Shown here: piece after piece, positions 38,801 through 49,760 of the stretch
How positions within the stretch are numbered: the first letter of the stretch is position 1
Layout: each line of letters begins with the position of its first letter
DNA from: Cenococcum geophilum
Lineage: Eukaryota
Assembly (NCBI GenBank): GCA_050273025.1
Contig: CP158635.1
Coordinates: forward strand, 19,840,001 to 19,904,000
Direction of reading: 5' to 3'
Length of the DNA stretch: 64,000 bases
Position numbers and translations under genes: made by a program
The notes under the pieces: generated by a model
What the model saw: only the letters and a program-made list of their open reading frames with translations
Database searches by the model: none
Told to the model about the DNA's origin: nothing

Positions 38801-40350
38801 TTCTCCTAGGATTAATTGGCGTCGTAGGTTAAGTATAGGTATTGGATTGTTCTTTAGGTTTAACATAATAGCTAGTAAGAAATATCGTCTTACTATTATG
38901 GGTTCCTTAGAAGTATAAAGTGAGGTAACTCATAGGCACGCTGCTTCTAGCAGCGCCTATAGTATTACAGAGACGTAGAATTGGTCGTAGGCTAGGTGTC
39001 GGTGGTAAAAAGGCGCAACGTAATGTCACGGGACGGGGCAGTGGCTACAAGACGTATGTATTCAAGGAGTCTACAAGACGTTACGCGATCGATCGTAAGG
39101 GTCGAGGGCGTAAGGAGGTGATATACCTACGCGTAGCTGACATAAGCTGTACGCGAGGTGTACGCGAGAGCACGGGGCTCTCCTATGGAGGCCCCTGCGG
39201 TGGGGTTCCGTGACAATACGTAAGCATTGGTAATATAAGAAAGAGTTTTATTACGACGAACTATCTATTTTAGTAATAATTAGATATACTAGAAATATAG
39301 TAAAGGGGTTTACTATAAAAACCTTACTAAACTAAAAAGGTAAGAGCTTAAGTAATATCTAATAGACCAATATCTTTCTAATTTAGATATTTTGCTCCTT
39401 AGCTTATTTTAAAGGAAGTTTTTTTATACTTAATCTAAACTTCCTAAACTAGCTCCTTAAGTTAGGCTACTAACGTACTATAGAATTTATTTATGTAACC
39501 GACTACTAATACCATATTAGATATTACCTTATAACTTACTACCGTGCCTTTTACTATCGCATATCTTACTACTTATTTCTATTACATTATCTATAGCGGT
39601 TATTATCGGCGTTATCGTTAGCCTCTTACTACTTACCTTATATATATATAGAGACTTGTTAGAGCTATATTTAAAATTTAAGTTGCTTGGTCAATACCTA
39701 TACACTATAAAAGCTTACAATTTACTTTCTTTTTAAAGACTACTTAAAGCGCGACCTTATAGAGAAGACCGATAGAGCTGCTATAATATCTAGGTTAGAA
39801 GGCTATATTATAGGCGCTCTAAGGTATTAAAGCAGATACGGTATCTTTAAGCGGTACCTTTATAGGAATCTCCTATAGTAGGCGTCTAATAATAAGATAG
39901 AGCAGATTGTATATAAAAATTAGGATGTACTATTATAGTTATAGATGGTATATAATAGAGGCATTCGATTTATAGATATCCCTTTTAGTATGTTAATTGG
40001 ATTAATAGCCTCTAGTTTAATAAGAGGCCCGAACTTGCACTAATTACCTATATAGGGAAGTTTTAAGATTGTATAATGGAACTAAATAAGAAACATTATA
40101 CTTTCTTAGATTTCGGTAGAATAAAAAGAGGATAGATATATTATAATATTAAGGATAAGAATCTTTTTAAGGAATAATATATTGTTGCCGGGAAGAAATC
40201 TAATAAGGATAGGGATAAATTAGATATTAAGGAGTACTATATATTAGTTATTAGGCCAACTGGTATAGATAGCAAGTATAAGAGTGTTGGAGTTATGTTA
40301 ATTTAGAGTAACTATAAAGTAAGATAGAGGTTTAAGGTGCGAGTTATATA
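32801..40350 (+). pseudogene. HET-domain (TOL-like) protein, 3' part, RIPed and split by a Gypsy insertion
   Basis: Joining across the ATACG TSD gives de-RIPed DDFDNDVEKARLNTRA.VMQERVLSRRTIHFS..QMYWECGEG. Further on: DR.AAMSGLEGRIA.ALRCQSRYGIFERYLHRNLLW and VPSWSWMAY.GGIRF (~39770-39970). The 5' part is absent. Confidence 0.8.
32873..39215 (-). mobile_element. Complete chromodomain Ty3/Gypsy retrotransposon (6343 bp), RIP-inactivated
   Basis: 192-bp LTRs (32873-33064 and 39024-39215), TSD ATACG, PPT next to the left LTR. gag, protease (IDCGA ~37150), RT (ORF 36106-36306 GGIRF.INYRGLNAITIKNRYPVP; YLDD ~35938-35949), RNase H, integrase and chromodomain lie in Gypsy order. Confidence 0.96.
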
Positions 40351-41350
40351 AACGACTTCGTATTAAGAAATCTAGTAAAGTAACCGATGTATATATCGAT
40401 TCAATTTTAAATTATAAGGCATAGTCTATATATAGGCTTTATCTATATATAATATTGCTAATAGTTTAACGCTTCTTACTATAGTAGAGGTACTTAGTTA
40501 TAGCTAGGGCGACTAAAGAGATAAACCAATCTATATAAGATACTCTACTATATAGAACATTGTAGTAGGCTATAATAGCACACTATCCTTATATAGCCGT
40601 CTAAGTATAGCGTTTAACTATTCTAGATAAAGCTTACTACTAAGAGTTTAAGTAGTTTTACTATGTACTCGACTATAGGGCTACCTTCTACTAACGCCTA
40701 CACTTCGGCCTATTATAGGGCGGGTTTAGCGGCAGTGTAATTAGCGGTATTTATAGTAGGTAATTGAAGAGTAAAATACTTTAAACTTGCCCCCACTAGT
40801 AGGGAGGGTAGCTAAGCCGCATCGACTAGATCCTTATAGACATTAGGAAAATGTTTATACCTCCTAATAGTACTAACAGGCTCCTAATAGCTCCTATTAG
40901 AGCCGCTAGGATCTCTAGGAGACACTTATACTCGGTTTCCTATTAGGAGCCTATTAGGAGGCCGCCCGGATCAAACGGACCAAATGGACTAAATGGACTA
41001 AACGGGCCTCTAGGACCTCTAGGACTATTAGGATAATTAGGATAATTAGGATAATTAAAATAATTAAAATTCTAGATTTTAAAATAAGGTATATTAATAC
41101 TCTAGTATTTATAGCAGTTAAAATATAAAAATTAGTTATTTAAGTAATCTAAACAATCCAAATCGATCCTTCCTACCTACCACCTATATCTATGCCTATA
41201 TCTATATCTACTCAGGCGTTATACAATCGATTAAGGAGATAAGGGGTAAGGCTCTCGCAGAGGCTCCAAACCGTCGACTAGCAGTGTTCCCAATAATCCA
41301 CTGGCCGTGTACTGATTTCCTAACTAGGCCTAGTACTTACCTACCTGCCT

Positions 41351-43523
41351 TAGTAATATAACTAGTCTAGTTCGCTTATTGGTTAGTTAGTTAGAAATGC
41401 TTTAAAAATCGCAACCGGTTCGGAGCTTTAATTGGCTTCCAGCTGGTTAGTTTTAAAGCTCTCTAATTAACCGGGTAACCAGCTAAACCAGTAAAGTTAG
41501 TATGGGCCTTTAGCGGTAATGATTTGGGTAAGAGCGTACGCTATATAGGGGAGCCGAAGCCACCAAATCGTTAAGATCTACCACCTTATTTCCGGATACT
41601 ATTTTAAGAGTTAAGCGTAGTATTATACGTCGCCCATTTCTACGCGTTGCCTCCTTCTCGCGTCGCCTTACTGCCTTATCTTTATTACCCTTATTTCTAC
41701 CTATTACCAATTTAATAGAGGCCTTTGTTTTAACCAGTCGATCGTTATATAGAGGAGGAGGAAGTAGCTTTATAAGTAGCAGTCGTTCTACGGGTAAGGC
41801 TCCTACCGCCTCTTAAAAGCGCGCTAGCTAGGGCTCTGGTAGTTAACGAAAAAAGCGCTTAAAGACAAAGCCGTATAAAGCTCCGGCAGAGCCTCTTACC
41901 TATTATAAAGTTAAGTCTAGCTTAGATCCGGAGCCTCTACTAAGGTAGGCTTCTATATAAACTAGAATTAAGATCTACGGCCAGTGGTATAGGCGTAGTA
42001 ATAATATTGTATAGAAGGGGAAGGCCTATATAAAGTCGTTGTATATATAGGGTAAAGGAAAAGGATATACAATTATTCACGAGGCTATAGGCGTTTAATA
42101 TTACTACTGCTGCTAATACCTAGATTAGAAGAAGGATCCAAAGTATAAACCTCTTAGTAAGTTGCCCTGCTCTCTTATATAAATACTAACTAATTTAGAA
42201 ATAGCGCTTAATAGTAATTCGATAGTATTATGCCACTAGAGACGAGCTTATCGACTTAATAAAAACGGTAAAGTAATTCCGGCTAAAGGCCTAATTTACC
42301 GCTTTATTTTGTAGTAGAATTATATTTAGAAGGCTTAGTATAAAGCCTTTAAGCTTCTACTAATTTAGTAGCTTATATACTGCTATATCGCATTTTACTA
42401 AATTAAAAACGTCTACTTTATTAAAATAATTTAGTATCTAAATAAAGGCCTTATAAGGTTACTTCCTTTATAAAATATAGTACGTAAGTGGGTAATAAGA
42501 GAGTTTAAGAAGTAGAAGAGGTTACTACAAGAAGACTTATAAGAAGCTTGTTCAAATATACACCTATCCTTTAACTTATGGACGTTACCAAATTACTTCG
42601 CTATTATCGCGATAGTCGCCTATTATATTAATTGCGACAGAGCTCACTAGATAAAGCTTCTTGCCTTACGGTAGCTTAAGGGAGAGTACAGCGACGCTAA
42701 TATAGCCCAGGTAGTTTTTAATATAGTTAGTAAGTATAAAATTAGAAGTTAAATTGGGTATTTTATACTTAATAACGCGTTAAGTAATAATATAGCTATC
42801 GACCTAATTCTAAGAACTCTCTATCCCTAAATAATAGAGAGACAGCGGAAACGTTGTTGCCATTAATATCTTAGCTATATAGTTAACCTAGCTGCCTAGG
42901 CCTTCCTTTTAGGTAAGACTACGGATACTACTTTAGAGGAGCTTGAGTTGGTATACGGCCGGCGAGATTTTAAGGCTATTGCGATAATCTAGAGGAAGTA
43001 GGGAGCGCTTAGTTGGCTATATAATATTATAAGGTATATTAAGATATTACTATAGCTTAAAGCTAATATTATTAAAGCAAACGAGTGCTTAAAATCTTGG
43101 TATAGGCGCCTAAAGCCGAAGGCCTTTAAGCAAGGCGTCGATCCTAATATTGACGATTTGTATAAGGAAGAGGCTACTGCTAAAGCTGCTGCTAAAGCCG
43201 CTGCTAAAAAGGATTCTAATATATAAGGTAATATAGATTAGGAAGCTGGTGAAGGAGCTAGGCAAGAGGGGCTAGGCAAGAAGGGTAGGGCGATAAGGAC
43301 GATAAGGGCGATAAGAGCGAAGAGGAAGACACTGTTAAATATATCGTTGTTAATAATTAATCGCAACTTAATACCATGCCAAGCCTTATAATATATTAAA
43401 TATTATCTAGTTAAACCGGTTAAACCGGTTAAACCGGTTCGCGAACCAGTTTAGAGCTTTAAATAGGCTATCGGTTAGTTATAGAGGTTAAATTTATAAC
43501 TAACCAGACTAGTTATATCACTA
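41351..43523 (+). mobile_element. Internally deleted hAT transposon (2173 bp)
   Basis: TIRs TAGTAATATAACTAGTCTAGTT / AACCAGACTAGTTATATCACTA. 8-bp TSD ACCTGCCT / GCCTGCCT. Relics IHLSFDLWTSPN, YFMLDNASSND and CLGHIVNLAAQAFL, then a jump at ~43055 straight to the C-terminal LEADIIEANECLKSW. Confidence 0.9.
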
Positions 43524-44310
43524 GCCTGCCTATCCTATTCTATCTATCCTACCTATCTAACCGTCCTACCTATTTATGCCTACCTATCTATACCTACCTG
43601 TCTATACCTACCTATCATACCTACTTATCTATATCTACCTATCTATATCTATAATTTAGGGGAGAGGTCGGCCTAATTAAAGGCTTAATTCAATTGCAAT
43701 TAATTATATTAATTTAAATCGTTCTCTATAGGCGTTCGCTAGCTATATATTTAAATAGTAGTTATCTAGGGTGCCTCTATAAAAGGCCTCAATTTGATTT
43801 AATTTAGTAATAGGATGATATTAAAGCTCTGGTTCAATTCAATTAATTGATTAAATTAATTGTAGTGTTTACTGGCTAGTTATTTAAACGATTATCGTCT
43901 AGCTCTAGCGACGGTCTCTAGTTCTAGCGACAGTTCTCTCCTACCTACTTACCTACCTACCTACCTACCTACCTATATACCTACCTGCCTACCTACCTAC
44001 TTATCTATTTACCTACCTGCGTTAGTATCTGGTTTAATTTAGGGGGGGAAGAGGTCGGCCTAATTAAAGGCTCTAATTAATTCGAATCGTTCTTTATAGC
44101 CGTTTGCTGGCTATATATTTAAATAGTAGTCGTCTAGGGTGCCTCCCTAGGAGGCCTTAATTTAATTCGGTAATAGGCCAATATTACAGCTCTAGTTTAA
44201 TTCGATCAATTAATTAATTAAATTATTCGTAGTGTTTGCTAGCTGGTCGTTTAAACGGTCATTATCTGGTTCTGGCAACGGTCGTCTAGTTCTAGTAACG
44301 GTTCTTTACT
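43524..44310. repeat. Two ~280-bp direct repeats (43652-43940 and 44035-44308), each preceded by a degenerate (CTAC/CTAT)n tract
   Basis: Both units start TAATTTAGGGG..AGAGGTCGGCCTAATTAAA and end GTTCTAG..AC.GTTCT. Confidence 0.85.
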
Positions 44311-44499
44311 AGCTACCGTTCTAGTGCCTATTCCTTATAAATACTATATATCTTATTGTAATAGATTAATATATTATCTATTACTAGAATTAAACGAGGC
44401 TATAGATAAGGCTGTATACGAGTAAAAACCTTATTCTTTATCTACTAAATACATATTAGCCCGTTAATAGCGCCCTAGTATATTAACTAGCTAGGTATA

Positions 44500-45050
44500 T
44501 AGCCCTGCTAGGTATACGCTAGCAGTAAGCTCTATCTTTTAGATCTCTTTAATTCCGATATTCCTTTAGTAGGCTTATTAACTAGCGCCTATCTATACTT
44601 CCTATCTATTATCTTTTTATTATAAGCTAATTTATAAGCAGGCCTGGTAAATGACGAGAAGATAGGGGATAGCGGATCAATGGTTCGATTAGGAGTTATA
44701 AAGAGGGTTTGGGTAGGCGGTAGCTTCGGTCTACAAAAGAATAGGTACGAGATTGTTAGTTAAATAATATATATATATGGGGTTGCTGCGTTAGCCACCG
44801 GCTTAAAATATATAGCTAGATCACCAAAGAGCTAATAGAGTCCATGCGATAAAGTGAGGGCGTTGTACGGTTAATCGATATTAGCACTGTTAATTATATA
44901 TATAATACCTAGATTAAGCATATTAAGTATACAAAGAGTATATATTTTAGTATTTCGTAGAAGCAAGCAAGCATATAGGCTCGTGTTCCCTATGGGAGTG
45001 GAAGCCATCTACATTAGTCTTCCGCAATTAGAATTTCAAAGTAATAAATA
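44500..45050 (-). pseudogene. Fungal HNH-endonuclease-like gene fragment, RIPed
   Basis: De-RIPed ILNMLDPGI..IINSADIDRPYNALTLSHGLHQLFGDLAIYFEP...HTY.I...TPNRTIDP resembles the C-terminal half of fungal HNH_2 proteins. Confidence 0.6.
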
Positions 45051-45199
45051 CTAATACTATTAGCTACAAGACCAACAAAACGTATTTACCGATGCTGTAT
45101 ATATATAAGTAAATCTACGCATATGAGTTCAAATTATTAACCGATCTAGTACGTTTAAAGTCACTCTTAAAGTCTCGGTTTAACGCAAGAGTTATTCTC

Positions 45200-47894
45200 A
45201 AATACTTATATATAAGTTTCTCCCCCCTACTTTTAGCTAAGCCATAGCTAGTCCGTATAGTGTTCTTGATCTACCACGGTATATTAGCGCTAGGCTTAAA
45301 ACTTTCACTTAAATATTGCCTTATCTGTCTTCCGTTTAATTTATAATTTAAAAGTCTCTTTATATCTTTTTCAGAAATATTGGTAGCAGCATTAGTTTAC
45401 TCTAGAAAGGTCTTCCACACCCACTCTCTTACTAGTCCCTTTAGTTTGTTATATCTAAGTATAAGATATATTCTGCTCTGTATAGCTGCATTAAATACAG
45501 TAATCCTATTTGTCGTAAGAAACATAATGCCTTAGAAATACTCTAGCTGTCGCAGGAAGACGGATACTAGGCTATTACGTTAGATATTACTTAAAGTTCT
45601 TTCTGTAAGAAAGACGTCGGTCTTATCTAGAAGAAGGATAGCGCTCCAGCGGTAAATGTTTTTAATGATTAGAGCCAGGCTTTGTTCTAAACGGGCTAGA
45701 TTTATACTAAGATCTCCTATATAAGCCTTCTTATAGTTAGACTAGTATAAAATATACTTATAAAGGGGAATAAACCACATAGAGGGGTCTCCTTTGAGAT
45801 TCAGCAAGTGCTTTAGCTGTTAATGTCTTTCCCACCCTAGGCGGGCTACTAAAATGGTCAGCCTTTAAAACAGCTAGTGCCCTATTAGATAAACTTACTA
45901 TAGTAAGAAAACTAAACCTTTTCCCTTCCCTTTAATTATATTGTTAAACTTGGATTTTTTAGACCTAGACTAGTAACTCTTTATAAGTCCTTAAAGCACT
46001 ATTTTCTTCTCCTCCTTAATTGCGAGTAACTTAAATGCTAAGGCATTCCATTTAATTTCCTTAATATTGGCGACGGTAAATTTACCTAGTGCTTATATTA
46101 GTATATATAATTCGTTAGCTTAAGAAAAAGAGTATAGAAAGCCTAACCTTATCTTTTATCCGCTAAACTAAAGGCTAGGGTTGTTAGTAGATAGATTAGG
46201 TACTAATTATCTCCTATCTCCTTAGGAACTAAACCCTAATTTTTCACGTTACCTTGCTAATTAGTCCATTAATTATTTACGCTAATTCCGTATATATCTA
46301 TAGCGATTAGCTGCTTGCTATAGTTAGGATTTTAACGATAAAATGCTATCGCGTCCACTATAATGCGGCCGCTTGTGGAAAATCTTAACGGGCTATCATT
46401 GGTCCGGAAAAAGGCGATCCCTTTATATTTACGGTGGTTAATGCCTCTTAAAGACACGAACTTTTGGCTATTACTAATAAGATCCTACTTTATCTCGGCT
46501 TGTCTCTTATAACGCTCTAGTAGAAATACCTTAAGAGACGTAATCTTTATGGTTAAATGGAATTCCGGAATAGAGAGGGTGGTTTTTACCTCGCTAAACG
46601 CCTTCCTATTATAGCTGAAATAGTAGCAGTTAAGTTTAAAGCTCTTTTTGCTAAAAGGTGGGGTTTTAAAGTTGCCTAAATTATATATAAGATATCTTAG
46701 TTAATCCGAGCCTTCGCAAATCGTAAGGATGCGCGTATTTGGTTTAAATAAGGCCTAAAGGAGATTAAAATTAATTTCGCCGTAGTGCAGAAGCGGTAGG
46801 AGACTATTAGTTATAGGCGCAAAATGGTCTTTAAGGAATCTTAGTAACTCCTAAAGGTGCTTGGCGCCGATTAAGTTAGGAGAAAAACTCTCCTAGTATA
46901 TTTTTAACTAGGGTAGAAAATTAAATATAATGCTTATAGGAATCTAGAAGTTAAATTAGAATAAGCTATATCTATAAAAAGGTCAACTTACTATAGGCTT
47001 GTCTTCCTAAAGGGAGATAGCTCGTACGTTGTCTAGTACCACCTATAAGGCGTCTTTTACTTCTCCTAAATTTATGCCTAAGTATATACTATAGTCTTTC
47101 TTATCCATTTTTAGCTTAAAGTTAGTATCTAAGTTGATATATCTAAAGGCACCTAAGAGACAGACTAAATTTCTTCCAAAGGACATAAATATATTAATTA
47201 TACATATCACGCTCACTTAATGAAGTTTCTATAGTCTTATACTGGCAGCTTTTTTTATCCCAGCTGTAGCAGATACTATATTAGCGTATTTCTAAGTATA
47301 TATTAGGGGTTTTGCGAGCATATATCTTATTTAACACCTTAACTTTAACCTTAGAACCTCTCGCTTTAGGTATCTCTTTAATCCCTAAACTTATAGGAGG
47401 AGGTAAAAAAGGTAGAGGAGGTAGAGGAGCTTAGGTCGCTTAGGTCGCTTAGGTCGCTTAGGTTACTTAAACTATTTTTAACGCAGCTACAAGCATTTTA
47501 ATTATAAGATACTGCGCTAACTGTTTATAATATAGATGTATTTAGCTTAGGCTATAGGGAGGAGTATTTATGCTATTATAAGCTAGTAAAGGTGCCGGTA
47601 TAACAAGCTTAGGTGTAACTGGCATTGTTACTCTATAAAGCTTTAGTAGCGTAATACCAATCTAAAGTATAAAATTGAGTAGTCCGAATTAGAGTTCAAT
47701 TCTAAATCTAAGTCTGGGTCTGGGCTTGTATATGGAGGTGAGCGCAGGTTTCGATTTGACGTGGCCTTCGGATCAACGGCGCTGGTGACTAGCGCTTTCG
47801 TTGTCCTTCGGACTGGAGCTGACATTTGGATTACCGCAGCACTGCCGGCTTTATGTCGCTGTGCTGGTCTAACGGGTAGGCGAGCAAGTGGCAT
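45200..47894 (-). pseudogene. Fungal AAA+ ATPase (GKGKGL-type family), intron-containing, RIP-inactivated
   Basis: De-RIPed FD.IIEGKGKGLVFLL, GRPGVGKTLTAE, ILLLD.TDVFL.ER, RNSLVSVFLRQLEYF.GIMFLTTNR..FDAAIQSRI. GT..AG intron relics remain (e.g. ~46086-46147). The probable N-terminus is ORF 47643-47894. Confidence 0.85.
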
Positions 47895-48229
47895 TATAGC
47901 GGAAGAGGTATAACTGGAGAATGTGGGTGAGTTTAAGGTTGGCGAGAGGACTGGAGCAAAGAGAGGGCGAGTAGCCCACTCCTATAAGTAGGCACTGGCC
48001 CTTGGACGACTTTATGGGCTGTGCCATAGTTGGTTCAGCGTAAGCGCCGACGAGCATTACTGAAGGCAGTGGACTGTTTCTGACCCCTCCAGGATAATGG
48101 GGTGGCTTGCATGTTAGGCGAGCAGAGCCTCTTTAAAGCGGCGACAGGACAGGGCCTAAGCGAGGTGGGAACGCCGCCAAAAGCGGCGGCCAGACACCCC
48201 CCAAAATGGATGCATTCCCACCGCAACAT

Positions 48230-49760
48230 ATATTTATTAAGTTATTAACCATTTTATAAAAATGCGATATATAATTCCTATAGACTTAATTAATGCAATA
48301 TTAGTAGCCGAATGTTTTATTAAGTACGTTTTTAAGCTACACGGACTTCCTAATTTAATAATATCTAACTATAAAAGCTAGTTTATTTTAGACTTCTAAT
48401 AAGCCCTATATAAATAATTAAGTATACAAACATAACTCTTAACTGTATTTCATCTAGAGATAGATAGTTAAACCGAAATTGCGAACCCAATTATAAAACA
48501 ATACCTATAAATATACTACTCCTACCTATAAGACAACTGGGAAAAGTGGCTACCTTTAGCTAAGTTTACTACAAATAATATAAAAAACAAATTAATAGGC
48601 GTAACGCCGTTCTACGCAACCTACGGATAAGACCCTTAACTTAGATTTAAACTATAACCCAAAATTAATATAATAGGACCTATAATTAAGAGGATTTAAC
48701 TAATTAACGCGTATAACTTCGCTAATTAAATAAAGTAGTTAACGGAACTATTATAAAGTAAATTAGCGTACGCTTAAACGGTATAGGAATAGCATATAAA
48801 TAAAGGACGAGCTCCCACGTGGGACTTTAAGGAAGGTAATATAGTTTACCTAAATATATAAAACCTAAAGACTTAACGACCCTTAAAGAAACTAGACTAG
48901 AAGTTTATAGGCCTATACTAAATTAAGAAGAAACTAAGCCTGTACGCTTATAAGCCTAAACTGCCAACTAAAATAAAAATACATCCGACGTTTTATGTAA
49001 ACTTACTATAACCCTTAAAAAGTAAACCTATAACTTACGAAGTGCCACCGCTACCTCCTATAATTGTTAATAATGGTAATGGTTTTTACTTTATTAACTT
49101 AATTAATAATATATAATAGAAAACACGATCTAAACAATTTAAACTTTTTATTAAGTAAAAAGGATATAAAATATAAACTTAAGAAACCTATAACTAAATT
49201 AAGACTAACGCGCCTTCCCTAATAAAAGAATTCCACAAAAACCATCCTTTGCGGCCTACTCTGGCTAGATAGACACGATATAAAGGTAAATAACTACTAC
49301 CTAATACAAATACACAAAATATAATAGCAGGAAGCTTAAAATTAAAAAGAACTTAAAATACGTTATAACGTTTATAATATAATTATATAACACGCAAGAT
49401 GTTAAAGAACTTTAACCGGCGGTTAAAGTTATCTAATTAGTTAGATTTGCTTTGCTAAGACCTACTATAAGGATATTAGTTTAGCTTACCGCCTTAACTA
49501 AGCTAATAGTGATTTTCTATACTAGGCATAGAAAATCCTAATTAGTCTACTTAACAATTAGAACCGGTAAAACCCTATACTGCCACCTAATGCGAAAACA
49601 TAATATATAATAAGTTATAAGTCTTAACTAAAATTAAATTATTTAAATTATTTGGACCTTTAGCTAAAAGGGGGGGTATTATAACGGGACTAGCCCAGTT
49701 ATAGTAGGAATATCTTAGTGAAATACTTAACAGATAAATTCTAACGCTTTAACTAAATTC
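48230..49760 (+). mobile_element. 3' fragment of a chromodomain Ty3/Gypsy element; its 3' LTR (49680-49760 + 57721-57983) is split by a younger element
   Basis: Integrase relics (HVFKLHGLP..I.SD...QF.S.FW; FHPETD.QTEIAN), GPY and chromodomain. PPT AAAAGGGGGGG at ~49666-49676. The LTR resumes after the TSD and ends CCCTTACA. Confidence 0.8.
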
